A DNA stretch of 64,000 bases, taken from Calditrichia bacterium (GTDB taxonomy: Bacteria > Calditrichota > Calditrichia > RBG-13-44-9 > J075). The position numbers and the translations under genes were made by a program. Location: the NCBI GenBank assembly GCA_050633245.1, contig JBOEGD010000010.1, forward strand, positions 64,001 through 128,000, written 5' to 3'. This document shows positions 38,466 to 48,183 of the stretch, piece after piece (position 1 is the stretch's first letter; every line of letters starts with the position of its first letter). The notes under the pieces were generated by a model. That model saw nothing but the letters and a program-made list of their open reading frames with translations. It made no database searches and was not told where the DNA came from.

Positions 38466-39478
38466 AAGTAGCTTTTCTCGTCACCCAGCACTAGAGCCGG
38501 ATACGCATTAACGCGGTTCGTAGATTGATATCCTTGTCGAAGCCGTTCCAGACCGGCACGGGCAATCATAGCTGCATTATCGGTGCAATATTTCATTGGT
38601 GGACAATAGACACGTATCTGGTGTTTTGCAGCCTCATTTGTCATCTCAGAGCGCAAAAATGAGTTGGCAGCAACTCCTCCGGCTATGGTAATTTGCTTTA
38701 TCTTGCTATTCAAGGCTGCCATTATCGTACGCTTTACCAGTACATTTACTGCAGCTCTCTGAAACGATGCGCAGAGGTCTGCAATATGCAAACGGGTTTG
38801 TTCTTCACCGAGTTCCCTTACTTTGGTAAGAACTGCTGTTTTGAGTCCACTATAGCTGAAGTCGTATGTTTTCTCTTTATACAAGCCAAGGGGAAATTCA
38901 CAGAAGCCCGGATCGCCACTCTGAGCCAGTTTATCAACCTGTGGCCCCCCCGGATAAGGCAAACCGAGTAGTTTCGCAACCTTATCATATGCTTCGCCAA
39001 CTGCATCATCACGAGTTTTTCCGAGAATCTCATAATGCAAATGCTTTTCCATTCGCACAATTTGAGTATGACCACCCGAGACAATTAGACAGATCATAGG
39101 AAGATCTACGACAGCATCATCCAGAAAGTTTGAGTAAACATGTCCCTCGATATGATTAACGCCGACAAACGGCATTTTCAGCACAGCAGACATCCCTTTG
39201 GCATAGTTCAGCCCTACCATTAAAGCGCCTATTAACCCAGGTCCATGAGTAACGGCTATTCCATCTAAATCCTGCATCTTTACACCAGACGCAGTTAAGG
39301 CCTCTGAAACAATCGGCAGAATCTTGCGAAGATGTGCTCGCGAAGCGAGTTCAGGAACGACACCGCCAAACTGCATGTGAACTTGTTGAGAAGATATTAT
39401 ATTTGATAAAACCTTATTCTCCTCGACCACTGCCGCAGAAGTTTCATCACAGGAAGTTTCTATTCCAAGTATGCGCAT
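38462..39478 (-). CDS. tsaD: tRNA threonylcarbamoyltransferase
   Basis: GIETSCDET, GGVVPELASR, HIEGH, VSGGHT, DNAAMI. ATG at 39478. Confidence 0.97.
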   Translation of the reverse strand: MRILGIETSCDETSAAVVEENKVLSNIISSQQVHMQFGGVVPELASRAHLRKILPIVSEALTASGVKMQDLDGIAVTHGPGLIGALMVGLNYAKGMSAVLKMPFVGVNHIEGHVYSNFLDDAVVDLPMICLIVSGGHTQIVRMEKHLHYEILGKTRDDAVGEAYDKVAKLLGLPYPGGPQVDKLAQSGDPGFCEFPLGLYKEKTYDFSYSGLKTAVLTKVRELGEEQTRLHIADLCASFQRAAVNVLVKRTIMAALNSKIKQITIAGGVAANSFLRSEMTNEAAKHQIRVYCPPMKYCTDNAAMIARAGLERLRQGYQSTNRVNAYPALVLGDEKSYL

Positions 39479-39479
39479 A

Positions 39480-40424
39480 TTATTTCGCCTGGGGACGTTT
39501 CTTTTGAACAATAAGTTCAAACTTCTGGTGTCGCGGCAGAGCAGAGAGAATCGGCAGTTCTGTAATTATCGCAGCCGTTACGTGTTTTACACCCGGTCTC
39601 CAATCTTTACCGAAATCGATTACCGCCCGAAAGTCTTTCTGCTCCGCTTCAGCCAGTATTTGTTCTCCACCTTTTACTAGAACCGAGACTTTTGCAGGGA
39701 GCGGCACAACCTCATAATTCATGTCAATGTTGACTACCTCTACAGGTACATCCTCGATTACTTTTTCCGAAAGGCGCTGGATATCAAAATTCACGTTGAT
39801 TTCAGTTGGCTGATATTGACTAAAAAAGCGCGGGTGACGTTCTACAGTATGCGGGTCGATAAAAGCCTTATCGCGATCTAAGAATTCTTTTTTAACAATT
39901 TTCAAGGACGTTAGTGTATCTACATAACTTGCAGGACCAACAACAGCAATTGAATCAGGTTCCGCACGTACATCAACCAGAGTAAATCCAGCAGAAGTTT
40001 TTACTTCAGATTCCACAATAAGCTCTATTTTTCGCTCTCTTCTCCGATCGACTTCAAACGTAATTTCATGAGGTGTAACAATTGATTTTACCTCAATATC
40101 AACATCCTCTGAGAAGCGCACATATTCCTTATGAGAGGCCAGGTTGCGAGTCGACTTTTGACGCACATCAGATAAATCAATATCATACACGGGAGAGTAA
40201 AAGTTCAATCGCATCAGATCCAATCCACGTCCGTTAAACTTAACGCGAATTTTATCCGGGGCAGGATATTTCAGGATATAATCCTGATTGTTCATGGTAA
40301 TATTGAGCGGAATGTCCACCGTGTGGTCAAAGTTATTACTGAGCTTTACTACAAGCCAAAAAGCAATGGCAAGCGCAGTAATCAATATCAAAACGCGATA
40401 GTTTGTTGGTGCAGGTTTTTTCAT
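39480..40424 (-). CDS. YbbR/CdaR-like protein
   Basis: N-terminal TM with AFW, followed by repeated P..V.V.G beta-domains. Confidence 0.75.
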   Translation of the reverse strand: MKKPAPTNYRVLILITALAIAFWLVVKLSNNFDHTVDIPLNITMNNQDYILKYPAPDKIRVKFNGRGLDLMRLNFYSPVYDIDLSDVRQKSTRNLASHKEYVRFSEDVDIEVKSIVTPHEITFEVDRRRERKIELIVESEVKTSAGFTLVDVRAEPDSIAVVGPASYVDTLTSLKIVKKEFLDRDKAFIDPHTVERHPRFFSQYQPTEINVNFDIQRLSEKVIEDVPVEVVNIDMNYEVVPLPAKVSVLVKGGEQILAEAEQKDFRAVIDFGKDWRPGVKHVTAAIITELPILSALPRHQKFELIVQKKRPQAK

Positions 40425-41207
40425 TTAACCAAATAACGTTACGGCGTCTCCCACAACAGCATCCAGTTTTTTAGCAGCACGCCCTTTATTTAAGGCAACC
40501 TGTAAAAATCCCGAACTGTCCCAGGTTAGCAAAAACGCTCCTTCATCAACGTCACCAAAGGTCTGGCGTACGCCTTTTAGTTCCAATTTCTTATAGCGAA
40601 TTCCCGGATCGGCAATAGCTTCCAGTTTTAAACAATCGTCCTGATGTAGATTTAAAATAAGGTTTCCAAAATGGTCGACATGAAATATTTCAAGTCGATA
40701 CTCGCGATCGCTAATTTGCTGCATGGGTTTCAGGAATGTGGAAAGTTGCGACAACGGGTTAACATTATTGGTCATTCGTCGTCCATTCGCCAGCCATGCC
40801 GCGACTCGGGAAAACACATCCCGACCGTGAAATGTAGGGGCAATATCTTCGCCCAGAGAATCCATTTTTATTTCAAATGCCCGGTAGCCCTCACTGCGGC
40901 AGACGAAGCTGAACACTCCATTATCCGGTCCGATAAAAATATGCTGGCTCGTTTCAACAATCACGCCTTTTCGTGGCGTTCCCACTCCCGGGTCTACCAC
41001 AACAACAAATATGGTTTTTTCCGGAAAGTGTTTATAGCTATTATTTAGGCAAAATGCCGCCTGTCGAATATTATACGGTTCTATCTCATGACTAATATCT
41101 ACAACGTGGATATGTGGAGCCAGATCGAGTAAACGACCTTTCATCGCTCCGACATAACCGTCTTCCGTCCCGAAATCTGTCAATAGTGCTACAAAAGATG
41201 AGCGCAT
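40425..41207 (-). CDS. DUF62 SAM hydroxide adenosyltransferase
   Basis: LLTDFG, VVDPGVG..R, PDNG, TFHGRDVF, DHFGN. Asp-Arg-His triad present. Confidence 0.9.
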   Translation of the reverse strand: MRSSFVALLTDFGTEDGYVGAMKGRLLDLAPHIHVVDISHEIEPYNIRQAAFCLNNSYKHFPEKTIFVVVVDPGVGTPRKGVIVETSQHIFIGPDNGVFSFVCRSEGYRAFEIKMDSLGEDIAPTFHGRDVFSRVAAWLANGRRMTNNVNPLSQLSTFLKPMQQISDREYRLEIFHVDHFGNLILNLHQDDCLKLEAIADPGIRYKKLELKGVRQTFGDVDEGAFLLTWDSSGFLQVALNKGRAAKKLDAVVGDAVTLFG

Positions 41208-41251
41208 AATAATTGATTATTGATTATTATTTATGTATAAAAGACAAATCG

Positions 41252-41346
41252 TTTGTTCTCTGTTCTCTTATTTCTGTTCTGTTCTGTTCTGTTCTGTTCT
41301 ATTCTATTCTCTTGTCTCTGTTCCCTGTTCTCTTCTCTCTGTTCTG
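41252..41346. repeat. Pyrimidine-rich low-complexity tract with (TTCTG)5
   Basis: TTCTG x5 at 41272-41296 plus TTCTA and degenerate units. Confidence 0.85.
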
Positions 41347-41382
41347 TAGTTAAATCACAAATCTTCACTCATAATTCATCAC

Positions 41383-42189
41383 TCAAAACTGGCAGCTTCG
41401 ACAAAAGAACGTCGATCTGCTCCCCATCACTTCTTTTTCAATGATTCCAGTACAGCGTTTACAGGGCTCACCATGTCTCTGATACGTTTTTAAATAGGTC
41501 TGCATTTTTCCAGCTTCACCATTTACCGTTTGATAGGCGCTGTAGGTTGTGCCAAAATTATTAATAGCCCATTTAAGCACCGCATGAATCTGCTCAAATA
41601 GCTTTTCCCGTTCTTCCTCGCTAAGAGATGTAGAAAGTCGTTGGGGAAGAATTTCGGATTCAAACAAGATCTCGCTGGCATAAATATTACCGATTCCAGA
41701 CAGTTTTTGTTGATCCATCAAAAAGAGTTTCATGGTGGTGCTTCGTTTATCCAGGAGTTCTGAAAGTTTTTCGAGTGTAAGCGTTTGAGAAATCGGGTCA
41801 ATACCAAGTTTCTCAAAGACCGGATAGTGGTGATAAAGCCAGACCTTCCCAAAGCGTCGCATATCCTGATAAAACAGCTGTTTACCAGACTCAAATGTCC
41901 ATTCAATGTGAATGTGCTTGGGGTATTTAGAATCGGCGCGATCTTTTAGAAACACTCCAGACATGCCAAGATGCACAACCGGAAAAACTTCACCACAGCG
42001 AAATATCAGATATTTGGAAAGCCTGTCTATATCTTCAATGGTGCGTCCAACAAGGTCGTAGCGAAATTGCTCGGCATCGCAGTTTTTTAGCAAAACCGGC
42101 TGATGAATAAGGACTTCACTTATTGTTTCGCCCTTGCAAATCGGCAAGAGTTGTCTACGCGTTGTTTCTACTTCCGGTAATTCCGGCAT
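41383..42189 (-). CDS. mutM: Formamidopyrimidine-DNA glycosylase
   Basis: MPELPEVE N-terminus (ATG at 42189), HLGMSG, GIGNIYA, C-terminal CxxC/CxxC zinc finger. Confidence 0.96.
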   Translation of the reverse strand: MPELPEVETTRRQLLPICKGETISEVLIHQPVLLKNCDAEQFRYDLVGRTIEDIDRLSKYLIFRCGEVFPVVHLGMSGVFLKDRADSKYPKHIHIEWTFESGKQLFYQDMRRFGKVWLYHHYPVFEKLGIDPISQTLTLEKLSELLDKRSTTMKLFLMDQQKLSGIGNIYASEILFESEILPQRLSTSLSEEEREKLFEQIHAVLKWAINNFGTTYSAYQTVNGEAGKMQTYLKTYQRHGEPCKRCTGIIEKEVMGSRSTFFCRSCQF

Positions 42190-42261
42190 CGCAATTCTCA
42201 GCTTGATTTCAGTGGGACAATTTAATAGATAGTCGGTGGGATAAAAAGACCTAAATACAGG

Positions 42262-42297
42262 AAAATCAACCGGAGAGAAAAGAAAGATTCTCTCCGG
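42262..42297 (-). terminator. Probable terminator after M64 peptidase
   Basis: CCGGAGAGAA/TTCTCTCCGG stem with TTGATTTT tail on the minus strand. Confidence 0.55.
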
Positions 42298-42306
42298 CAA
42301 TGGAAT

Positions 42307-43698
42307 TTACTTACCACTATAGAGATTGATTACATCTTCGACAACGGCGCTGCAAACTTTGCAGAACGGCACGTCGTTTCGGCTAAACATTATACAGTCT
42401 ATTTCCGGCCGATAAAACGCCTGAGCGTCATAATTTGCCCCCTGAAAGGCACCGGTTTTTCCGTAATATCGAGCTTTGGTAAACAACTCCGTTTCATAGG
42501 CCATTTGCTTATTGAACAAAGTCGTCATTTCAGACTCTGGAAGTTTTGCTGCACGGATCTCTTTGCGACGCTTTTGAATATCACGCGCAAAAGACTCATA
42601 AGCTGCCTTTGGCCAGGGAGTCGCAAGAGGCGTTCCTTCTTCTACAAACGCCTTCCACTTCAAATTATCGGGATCCAATAAAGCTGTGGCATTCGCTTCC
42701 CATGGTTCGGCAACTTCTTTTGGCGCGCTATACGCCACCGGAGAGGTATAATATTCATCTGCCAAAGCGGCAAATGAATGCCCGAATTCATGAACGAATA
42801 CATACTCTGCCCAATCATTGTCTACAGCAACTGTACCTTGCTGATTATAGATACCGCCGCCACCATAAGTCTTACTGTTCGCCAATATCAAAACGAAATC
42901 ATTTGGGGCGAAGGAAGCGATTTCCCGCATGGTCTTATTTTCATAGGTGAGCAGATAACGTTCGGAACCAAAGATATCATAAGAACTTCCCACCGGCGAA
43001 TTGATGTGCACGCCTGTAGACGGTCTCGAAACCCCTGACACCGGCGAAGGTGGACAAATTCCCCAAATATTGAAATCTGTACGGCGACGTTTAAACGGCT
43101 CCTCAGCGAATAATGCTTCCATCATGCGCGTGGCATCTGCCTTGAACTTATCCATTTCTTCAGCTGTATATCCATCTCCCAGCATCACAATGTCGAGTTT
43201 CTCTGTAGGGTCACCGTTTTCTTCCAGCGCAATCAATTCCTGCCTTTCCGGAGCAGCACGATTGATATACATGTCGGAAGGATCAAGCTCCAGGCGCCAG
43301 ACTTCCTTGAACTCAACGCCGGACTGCCGTTTCTTCACCACCACGCGGGCTTTCCCCGTCGGAGCAGGAAATCGCAGGGATTCTTCAAAGATCCGGTTGC
43401 GCTTTTTTGCTTCGGACGTCGATTCCCACTCCCAGTAAATCGGAGAGAATCCACGGGTATACAGGACTGTTCCGCTAGTATCCTGAACCTCAAAGCGAAA
43501 CACGCCGAACCCAAGCGTACCTATATCACCTTTCTCGCCATCCGGCCAGGGAAGTGGCTCAACAACAATCTCATCAAGGCTATAAACAGAAGTCTCCAGA
43601 CCACCGGTATAGAAATAGTCGACTCGCCATGTCTCGCGATCATTTTGGGCAAATAACATCCCCATACTTAGTATCAGGAACAGATAGAGCTTTTTCAT
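42307..43698 (-). CDS. Peptidase M64 (IgA peptidase) family
   Basis: Signal peptide, GDGYT, YGGGG, HEFGH...LADEY, C-terminal CIM...FC.VC. Confidence 0.9.
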   Translation of the reverse strand: MKKLYLFLILSMGMLFAQNDRETWRVDYFYTGGLETSVYSLDEIVVEPLPWPDGEKGDIGTLGFGVFRFEVQDTSGTVLYTRGFSPIYWEWESTSEAKKRNRIFEESLRFPAPTGKARVVVKKRQSGVEFKEVWRLELDPSDMYINRAAPERQELIALEENGDPTEKLDIVMLGDGYTAEEMDKFKADATRMMEALFAEEPFKRRRTDFNIWGICPPSPVSGVSRPSTGVHINSPVGSSYDIFGSERYLLTYENKTMREIASFAPNDFVLILANSKTYGGGGIYNQQGTVAVDNDWAEYVFVHEFGHSFAALADEYYTSPVAYSAPKEVAEPWEANATALLDPDNLKWKAFVEEGTPLATPWPKAAYESFARDIQKRRKEIRAAKLPESEMTTLFNKQMAYETELFTKARYYGKTGAFQGANYDAQAFYRPEIDCIMFSRNDVPFCKVCSAVVEDVINLYSGK

Positions 43699-43910
43699 AG
43701 TAGATTTCCCATGAGAGATTAGAGTATTTTCTAGTTTCCCACAATTTAAGCAAAATCAGAATAGAAAAAAACAGCGGCTGCAACTTAATGGTGAGTTAAA
43801 CTGACCACAGCAGACTCAACCAGCACTTTAAATTATTTCAAACAATATCGTGATTAGACAACGATTGCATTCCGTTCTATGTTGACTTTTATCCAAGACT
43901 CTCCAAATCC

Positions 43911-44678
43911 TCATTTTTTGCGCTTGCTAACAACAGCGGGAGTCTCCCAAAACCGCCCACCACCGGTAGTATAAATAAAAGCCATCAACGTGAAGAGCAT
44001 GAATAGAATACCTGTAAACGCAGTGGAACCAGATCTGCCAGCCTGGTTGTCGCTATAAGTGAAATAGTGCCCATGGAGTGGTGAACTAAGAGAAAGAACG
44101 GTAAATCGTTCTGTTGGAAAGGTCGTTGCCTCCCCTATTGCAACAACTATATAGAGAGAATCTCCGGCTGAGATTTCCTTACGAAATCGTTCCCGGTTTT
44201 CGGTGGTCATCAGATTACCCACAACATCGTATCGTCTACTGTCCCCATTTAATCGAATATAGATATTCGTATTGACGATTCGACGATTTCGATAATTTTG
44301 GTACTCAACAGAAGACACAACATTGCGAATCTCCCGCGTCTTTTCCCTTTGCAGGTTTTGCGCAGAAAAAATTGTAAACAGCAGCATGGATACACCAAGG
44401 AAAAGCGGAAAAAATCGACTGATGTAAAAAAAGGTTGTCAACGCAATGCGTTCTCTTCGAGCTTTTCCGGGCATACTTTCCAGAATCTCAGCCTGAATTG
44501 ATGGCGCAAGTATTATTAATATAACAGAACTCAAAACAGCGGCCGATGTAAGGATCTCGCCAATCGACCAGGTTTGCCATGTAGTAAGCAGTTCCCGAAA
44601 ATTCGAAAAGAATAGCCAGAAAAGTATAAAGTGAGTCAGAATGAGGATATACCATTTCATCTGCCTGGGCATGGCCAT
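43911..44678 (-). CDS. Hypothetical membrane protein
   Basis: 255-aa ORF with several TM segments. No family recognised. Confidence 0.6.
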   Translation of the reverse strand: MAMPRQMKWYILILTHFILFWLFFSNFRELLTTWQTWSIGEILTSAAVLSSVILIILAPSIQAEILESMPGKARRERIALTTFFYISRFFPLFLGVSMLLFTIFSAQNLQREKTREIRNVVSSVEYQNYRNRRIVNTNIYIRLNGDSRRYDVVGNLMTTENRERFRKEISAGDSLYIVVAIGEATTFPTERFTVLSLSSPLHGHYFTYSDNQAGRSGSTAFTGILFMLFTLMAFIYTTGGGRFWETPAVVSKRKK

Positions 44679-44799
44679 TAGGGCTCCATATTAATTCCAT
44701 AGAGTTAAACGAAAGCGATTCTCGGGGAGTAATTTGAGAGGTTTAGTAAAGATATGTGTATTTTCCAGAGAAACCAAATATGAGACGGGGTATTTCCAG

Positions 44800-47304
44800 C
44801 TAAAGAATTTCCACCGGATCCATATCGATGTGAACATCAACCGGCCATTTTTTTATTTCCGGATTGAGATAGATACTGCGTTTGAGCAATTGTCGCACGT
44901 AAGACATGGAGGGGTCGCCTTCACGATCTTGTTTTACCAAGATGTGATAGCGATAGAGTCCGTTTAGACGCATTAGCGCGGCCGGAGCCGGGCCAAGAAC
45001 GGCGTAGTTTTTACCTCTTTTAGCGCTGAACAGAAATCGACTAATTTCAGCGGCATAATGAGAGACGTCGTTTTCCTTCTCGCCGGAAACTCTAATAAGA
45101 CATAATCTTGAGTACGGCGGATAGTTCAGTGTTTTACGCGTTTGCAGCTCACGCCTCACAAAATCCAGATAATTATGCGTCTGTAAATATTTAAACATGT
45201 AGTGTTCCGGCTCGTAGGTTTGGATTAGTACCTCACCGCTCAGTGCGCCACGTCCGGAGCGCCCGGCTGCCTGCATCAACATCTGAAAAGTCTTCTCAGC
45301 TGCACGAAAGTCCGGAAACTGCAGTCCCTGATCGGCACTAACAATTCCAACCAACGTTACCTGTTCGAAATCCAGTCCCTTCGCAATCATTTTTGTGCCA
45401 ATTAGAAAATCAGCTTCTTTATTGCGAAATTTTCCCAGAATTCGCGCGTGATCGCCTTTTTTTCGTGTTGTGTCCTGATCCATGCGCAGCGCTGTTGAGT
45501 GAGGAAAGCGGGTATTGACATGTTCCTCAATCATTTGAGTGCCAATACCTTCATAGCGGATATCCAGGCTGGCACAGTCCGGGCATTCGCCTGGCGCCTT
45601 GGTGGTATAATCGCAGTAATGGCAACGCAGCGCCTTGCCATAGGTATGATAGGTAAGCGTTATATCACAGTTGTCGCATTTCAATACAAATCCACATTCC
45701 CCGCACTGAAGATATGGCGCAAACCCGCGACGGTTTTGTAGCAACATGGCCTGTTGGCGAATGACAATTCGCGCTTCCATTTCCAGCTCGAGATTTTCGG
45801 ATAGAATGGGTCGTTCACCAGACTTTCTCCATTCTTCTCGCAGATCGATTAAACGAATGCGTGGTAGCGACCTTGCCCCCACCCTGCTGGCCAGAAAATA
45901 ATAGTCGTAGCGCTTTTCTGCTAATGCATTAAACAGACTCTCAAAACCGGGCGAGGCCGATCCAAGAACAACCGGAATATTATTCAGGAATCCTCGATAA
46001 AGCGCGACATCGCGAGCGTGATAGCGTGGCGAAGAATCGTGCTGTTTATAGCTGCCTTCATGTTCTTCGTCGACAACGATAATCCCTAAGTCTTTAAATG
46101 GGGCAAATATGGCAGAACGCGGCCCAATGACCACATCAAAATGACCTTCGCGAATACGCTGTAAAATCTCCAACTTCTCAGACTTTGACAATCTACTGTG
46201 TATAACGGCAACACGCTTCCCAAAGGTATTTGAAAAACGTGCCATGGTTTGAGGGGTGAGAATAATTTCAGGTATCAGGACAATTGCCTGTTTACCCATC
46301 TCTACGGCTTCACGAATCAGTTCGATATAAATCTGCGTTTTTCCACTACCGGTAATACCGTGCAGCAGGAATGCGCGATGCTCTTTACCAAGTTTTGGAC
46401 GAACCATTGTTACAAAACCAGCCTGTTCCTCAGTGAGGGTGATTTCCTGTTTCTTCTCTGAGTAATCCATTTCCTGGCTGCGCAACAGCTTTTCCTGCCT
46501 GCTGGTTATTACACCCTCTTCTGAAAGCCGCTTCAATAAAGCAGAATTAAAGCCGCCCTCGCGCAGCGAAACACGATCTTGTGCGCCTACATCTTTTAGA
46601 TGTGCGATTAAACGCAGTGCAGAGGCATAACGCTCTGAAGACCCCTGTAAATATTTATTACGCGCCTTCTCCGTCCAGTCGGCTTCATTTTTTTTTAAGG
46701 AAAAAATGTCGACCGTCTTATAAATCTTCACCTCAGCCGGAGGTTGATAATGGGTTTCAACAAGCTGTTTCTTTTTGAGCAGATGAATGCGATGCAGAAG
46801 ATTCTTGCGTTTCAACTTTTTCTCGAGCTTATCGAGAGATGTCCACTCTTCGGGCTTCAACACTTCCCAAAGTTCCTGTTGCGATTCGCGAAGCTCAGGC
46901 GCGGGCTCATCCGCACGTTTTATCATCAGCATAGATTTATTCAGATTCACGGATGGATTGATGAGTCGAAAGGCTTCACCGAGATTACAAATATAGTAAT
47001 TGGAGATCCAGACCAACAGGTCGAGCATCTCCTGATAGGCAAACGGTTCGCTACTAATCACATCGTGGATTGATTTTAGAGCATAGTCGTGTTCACCAGG
47101 ATCATCAATAACATCAAGAACAATACCTGCGCTATAGCGTTCGCCGAATGGCACGGTGACCTGAACCCCGGGTTGAATAAGCTCTGCAAAGGCCGCTGGA
47201 ATTGTATAGGAAAACGACTCATCTACCGGAATGGGCATAATAACCTGAGCAAGCCGTCCGTCGAGCAGCTTAGCATCTGATTTATTTGCAGTTTTCCTGG
47301 CCAT
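44800..47304 (-). CDS. priA: Primosomal protein N'
   Basis: GITGSGKT, DEEH, SAS, four CxxC motifs, QAAGRSGR, LGPAPA. Confidence 0.96.
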   Translation of the reverse strand: MARKTANKSDAKLLDGRLAQVIMPIPVDESFSYTIPAAFAELIQPGVQVTVPFGERYSAGIVLDVIDDPGEHDYALKSIHDVISSEPFAYQEMLDLLVWISNYYICNLGEAFRLINPSVNLNKSMLMIKRADEPAPELRESQQELWEVLKPEEWTSLDKLEKKLKRKNLLHRIHLLKKKQLVETHYQPPAEVKIYKTVDIFSLKKNEADWTEKARNKYLQGSSERYASALRLIAHLKDVGAQDRVSLREGGFNSALLKRLSEEGVITSRQEKLLRSQEMDYSEKKQEITLTEEQAGFVTMVRPKLGKEHRAFLLHGITGSGKTQIYIELIREAVEMGKQAIVLIPEIILTPQTMARFSNTFGKRVAVIHSRLSKSEKLEILQRIREGHFDVVIGPRSAIFAPFKDLGIIVVDEEHEGSYKQHDSSPRYHARDVALYRGFLNNIPVVLGSASPGFESLFNALAEKRYDYYFLASRVGARSLPRIRLIDLREEWRKSGERPILSENLELEMEARIVIRQQAMLLQNRRGFAPYLQCGECGFVLKCDNCDITLTYHTYGKALRCHYCDYTTKAPGECPDCASLDIRYEGIGTQMIEEHVNTRFPHSTALRMDQDTTRKKGDHARILGKFRNKEADFLIGTKMIAKGLDFEQVTLVGIVSADQGLQFPDFRAAEKTFQMLMQAAGRSGRGALSGEVLIQTYEPEHYMFKYLQTHNYLDFVRRELQTRKTLNYPPYSRLCLIRVSGEKENDVSHYAAEISRFLFSAKRGKNYAVLGPAPAALMRLNGLYRYHILVKQDREGDPSMSYVRQLLKRSIYLNPEIKKWPVDVHIDMDPVEIL

Positions 47305-47379
47305 GCGCTTCCATTGTATTAGCGTTCATTATATCTTATCAATTGGCGGGCATTTTTTGAAAAGTGAACCGAATAAAAT

Positions 47380-47411
47380 AAAAAAGCCTGTTTAACAAAA
47401 CAGGCTTTTTT
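47380..47411 (-). terminator. Terminator of the rpsF-rpsR-rplI operon
   Basis: AAAAAAGCCTGTTT/AAACAGGCTTTTTT hairpin. Confidence 0.8.
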
Positions 47412-47446
47412 ATAAAAATAGTGCTAAATGTAATAATGTCTGACTG

Positions 47447-47890
47447 CTATTCCTTTACAACCCAAACTTTAATTTCCGCAGTGACTTCCGGAAACAGTTT
47501 AATTGGAACAGAAGTAACTCCAAGTGCCTTAATCGGCTCTTCGAGAACAATTTTACGACGATCAATTTCATGACCTTCTTTTGCCAGAGCATCAGCAATA
47601 TCCTGAGAAGTAACAGAGCCGAACATCTTGTCTTCTTCACCGACTGAAACCGGGATTGTTAGAGAGACGCTGCTTAATTTTGCAGCCATGTCCTGAGCAA
47701 TCTGAGCTTCCTTACGGACCTTCTGCTGCTTTTGGCGCTGTTCTTCTTCCAGCATACGCACAAAGTTTGGGCGTGCCGGGTAAGCAATCTTATTTGGAAG
47801 TAGAAAATTTCGGGCATAACCAGGCTTCACGGTAACGATATCACCGGTTTTTCCGAGATTCTCATAATCCTGTCGAAGTATAATTTTCAT
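47447..47890 (-). CDS. rplI: 50S ribosomal protein L9
   Basis: MKIIL...GYARNFLLP, FGSVT, PIKALG. Confidence 0.97.
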   Translation of the reverse strand: MKIILRQDYENLGKTGDIVTVKPGYARNFLLPNKIAYPARPNFVRMLEEEQRQKQQKVRKEAQIAQDMAAKLSSVSLTIPVSVGEEDKMFGSVTSQDIADALAKEGHEIDRRKIVLEEPIKALGVTSVPIKLFPEVTAEIKVWVVKE

Positions 47891-47925
47891 GTTATCTACC
47901 TTTTCAAAATCACGTTCAGTTTAGA

Positions 47926-48183
47926 TTAGCGCTGAATATCGGAAACGAACGGCAGTAATGCCAAGTGGCGAGCACGCTTAATAGCTGTTGCCAGCATGCG
48001 CTGCTGCTGAATCGTATTTCCGGAAGTGCGTCGCGGCACGATTTTGCCCTGTTCGGTAAGATAACGAACGAGCAGTTTGGTGTTGCGAAAATCGACAAAC
48101 AAGATTCCGTTTTCGCTCAGGCGACTAATTCTTTTCTTGCGTGTTTTAACGCGTCCGCGTCCACGGCCTCTACTTGGTGCCAT
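47926..48183 (-). CDS. rpsR: 30S ribosomal protein S18
   Basis: GKIVPRRTSG, AIKRARHLALLPF. Confidence 0.96.
   Translation of the reverse strand: MAPSRGRGRGRVKTRKKRISRLSENGILFVDFRNTKLLVRYLTEQGKIVPRRTSGNTIQQQRMLATAIKRARHLALLPFVSDIQR

Noticed and set aside
40425-41207. Possible fluorinase or chlorinase
   Set aside because: It has the Asp-Arg-His triad of DUF62 SAM hydrolases and sits in a housekeeping context.
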